Shown here one piece after another: positions 61,931 to 64,000 of a DNA stretch of 64,000 nucleotides. The notes beneath the pieces were generated by a model, which was not told the DNA's origin, did not search any database, and saw only the letters and a program-made list of their open reading frames with translations. How positions within the stretch are numbered: the stretch's first letter is position 1; each line of letters starts with the position of its first letter. This DNA comes from an uncultured delta proteobacterium (GTDB lineage Bacteria; Desulfobacterota; Binatia; UBA9968): contig CAVWLW010000069.1 of assembly GCA_963755715.1 (NCBI GenBank), positions 128,001 through 192,000 of the forward strand, written 5' to 3'. The translations under genes and the position numbers were made by a program.

Positions 61931-63577
61931 TTAGTAATCGATCACGATCCGATCGCGTACACCTTTGACGCCCGGCACGCCCAGAGTCGCCCGCACCGCG
62001 GCGAGTTTCTGTCGTGGCGTCGCCACCCGGCCTTCGAGGTAAACGGTGCCGTCATCGACGTAGGACACCTGCACACCGTCGATGGCGCGGTCGCGAATCG
62101 CCTTGTAGATCTCGATCTGCAATTTTCTTTCCGTCAACGCTTCGCCGTTTGGCGCTGGCGGGCGGCGCTTGATCACCATGCGCTTGTTATTAGGTATCTC
62201 CGGGGAGCTTTTTGCCGGGGCATTTACCGATGGATCAGGAGCCTCGGTTTGTGCGCGCTCGGCTGTTTCCGGCGCCGGCACGATTTCGTCATTTGTGTTA
62301 TTTGGCGCAGGCGCCGAGCTGTCAGGCGGGGGTGTGACGTGGGATACCGTGTCGTGATCGTTTTCCAGCTTGTTTGCCGCCAACGGCGCCGCGGGCTGCG
62401 CACCCTCATGCTGTCGCCCAAAGTCGGGCAACTTTGCTAAATATGCGCGCACGAGCGGGACGAGATTGGGTTGGTTCTCCATGCCGATAAACAGTGCCGC
62501 AGCAGCAATCAGGCAGAGGATCACCAAAGTACGAACGCCGCTGCGATGCGCGTGCCGCGGCTTATGCCAGCCGATATCTACGAAGAATGGCTCGAATTCC
62601 GGCTCTGATGACCGGCCGTTTTTTCGTTCGTTTTCGCGCTTCTCCTTTTTACTGCTCCGATGCGCGCTTGTTAATGGACTGCTCGATTCCCACGATCGAG
62701 GGATGGCCTCGTCTCGCGCCGTATTTTCTTTTTGAGGCGGAGAGGCGTGGGGTGTCTTCTCGGAGTGGTCGACGAGCTTCAACTCGTGGGCCGCCTCCTC
62801 TATGTCTGCCGTCGTCACGGAGCTTTTAGCCTTGGCGTAGGCGATCAATAACGCATTATCGCAGATTACGTTGATGAGGCGCGGGATGCCTTTCGAATAA
62901 TGCGCAAGGCGCACGATCGATTCTGCATCGAACAAGTCTTGTCTTTCGCATTGGACAGTTTTGAGTCTGGAATCGACGTATGAGCTTACCTCACCCTCCT
63001 GTAGGGGCTTCATCCTGCAACGAACAGCTACTCTTTGTTTAAGCTGAAGTAGACCGGCTCGATCGAGCTTTTCTTCAAGCTCGGGCTGACCTACCAAAAC
63101 AATTTGGATGAGCTTTTCTGTATTGGTCTCCAGATTGGAAAGAAGCCTGAGTTCTTCGAGCATCTCCTCGTCTAGGTTCTGAGCTTCATCGATCAACAAA
63201 GAAACAATATCGCCCCTCTCGAGCTGTGCGATCAAATAGTCATAAAACTGCCCGATCATCGCCAACCGCTCGCCTGTAGGATTCGGCGACAATCCTAGAT
63301 CGCTCAGAGTGAGCCGGAGCACCTCGTTAAAAGTGAGATGGGGATCGAAAATCCAAGCCGTATGAACGTTGCGATCCAGGTTGCCCAGCAGCCTTTTCAG
63401 CAGAGTCGTTTTTCCCGTGCCCGGTTCGCCCGTGACAACGATGAAGCCCTTGCGGGCAGCGATGCCGTAACGAAGCGTCGCAAACGCTTCGTCATAGCAG
63501 GCGTTGGTAAAGAAAAATCGCGGATCCGGCGTGATATTGAAAGGCGACTCCGGAAATCCAAAGTGTTCGTTGTACAT
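61931..63577 (-). CDS. ExeA/GspA-like AAA ATPase with TM segment and C-terminal BON domain
   Basis: MYNEHFGF..PFNITPDP, GEPGTGKTT, IDEAQNL, LVGQPEL and GIPRLINVICD; C-terminus GTVYLEG...VPGVKGVRD. Confidence 0.88.
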   Translation of the reverse strand: MYNEHFGFPESPFNITPDPRFFFTNACYDEAFATLRYGIAARKGFIVVTGEPGTGKTTLLKRLLGNLDRNVHTAWIFDPHLTFNEVLRLTLSDLGLSPNPTGERLAMIGQFYDYLIAQLERGDIVSLLIDEAQNLDEEMLEELRLLSNLETNTEKLIQIVLVGQPELEEKLDRAGLLQLKQRVAVRCRMKPLQEGEVSSYVDSRLKTVQCERQDLFDAESIVRLAHYSKGIPRLINVICDNALLIAYAKAKSSVTTADIEEAAHELKLVDHSEKTPHASPPQKENTARDEAIPRSWESSSPLTSAHRSSKKEKRENERKNGRSSEPEFEPFFVDIGWHKPRHAHRSGVRTLVILCLIAAAALFIGMENQPNLVPLVRAYLAKLPDFGRQHEGAQPAAPLAANKLENDHDTVSHVTPPPDSSAPAPNNTNDEIVPAPETAERAQTEAPDPSVNAPAKSSPEIPNNKRMVIKRRPPAPNGEALTERKLQIEIYKAIRDRAIDGVQVSYVDDGTVYLEGRVATPRQKLAAVRATLGVPGVKGVRDRIVIDY

Positions 63578-63622
63578 GGTTTTTACCCTCGCGAAACGTC
63601 GTTCTCGCGCGGCGCGGATAAA

Positions 63623-64000
63623 CTAATTGAGCCGATCAAAAAAAGCATCTTCTTTGTGCACGTAACCGCGGACGCTTTCACTCTCCATAGAACGTATCTT
63701 GAAATACTCGCCGCTCCTTCCAACCAGTTGAATTCGTGTTCCGGGACGCAGCGTGGCGATAACGTCCGATTTCGCATCCGGCTTTTCCCGGACAAAGGAA
63801 TTTCCGATGACTTCAAAACGAGCCCGCGACGATGCCGGCTCTCGGCTTGAGCTCTGATCCCTCACAGAGGCCCGCTGGACAGTTTCTGGCGGCACCGAGG
63901 GATCAATGCGTTTTGGCTTCAGACCGGCGAGATCTTTATCTTTGTTCTCGATTCTTTCCAGTCTACGCTTACTTGCCGGCGTCAAAGATTTTTTGACGCT
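63623..64000 (-). CDS. C-terminal part of an SH3 (type 3) domain protein, start outside the window
   Basis: FVREKPDAKSDVIATLRPGTRIQLVG...YFKI...GYVH. Confidence 0.7.
   Translation of the reverse strand, partial: SVKKSLTPASKRRLERIENKDKDLAGLKPKRIDPSVPPETVQRASVRDQSSSREPASSRARFEVIGNSFVREKPDAKSDVIATLRPGTRIQLVGRSGEYFKIRSMESESVRGYVHKEDAFFDRLN

Overview
A 64 kb chromosomal window from a moderately GC-rich bacterium. The gene content (sigma-54 regulators, many orphan SsuA/NMT1-like binding proteins, hopanoid genes, tRNA-Sec) suggests a deltaproteobacterial lineage such as Ca. Binatia; this is inference only. In order: (1) a glycogen/trehalose operon, glgB-treZ-glgX-treY-glgE, on the minus strand with several 1-nt frameshifts that are probably read errors; (2) a kinase/regulator pair and a run of minus-strand genes carrying four sigma-54 promoters (nucleotidyltransferase plus metallophosphoesterase, lytic transglycosylase, archaeal-type GAPDH, MlaC-like protein, an unannotated 49-aa zinc-finger-like ORF, and a collapsed opgGH remnant); (3) a decayed 2.5 kb integrative element that duplicated the 5' half of tRNA-Sec; (4) a hopanoid cluster (hpnH, hpnA, hpnB, hpnG, shc, squalene synthase, ispA) interrupted by about 10 kb encoding a 1328-aa sugar kinase/dehydrogenase/SCP2/class II aldolase fusion, two ferritin-like diiron proteins and two hydrolases, which is the best candidate for an undescribed system; (5) a catabolic region (amidohydrolase, M20 enzyme, PqqC/TenA-like protein, cupin, IclR, four binding-protein-fold genes with no permease); (6) an NtrC-type regulator, a sugar nucleotidyltransferase, paralogous histidine kinases and an ExeA-BON gene. 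All calls come from motif recognition by eye; no searches were run.
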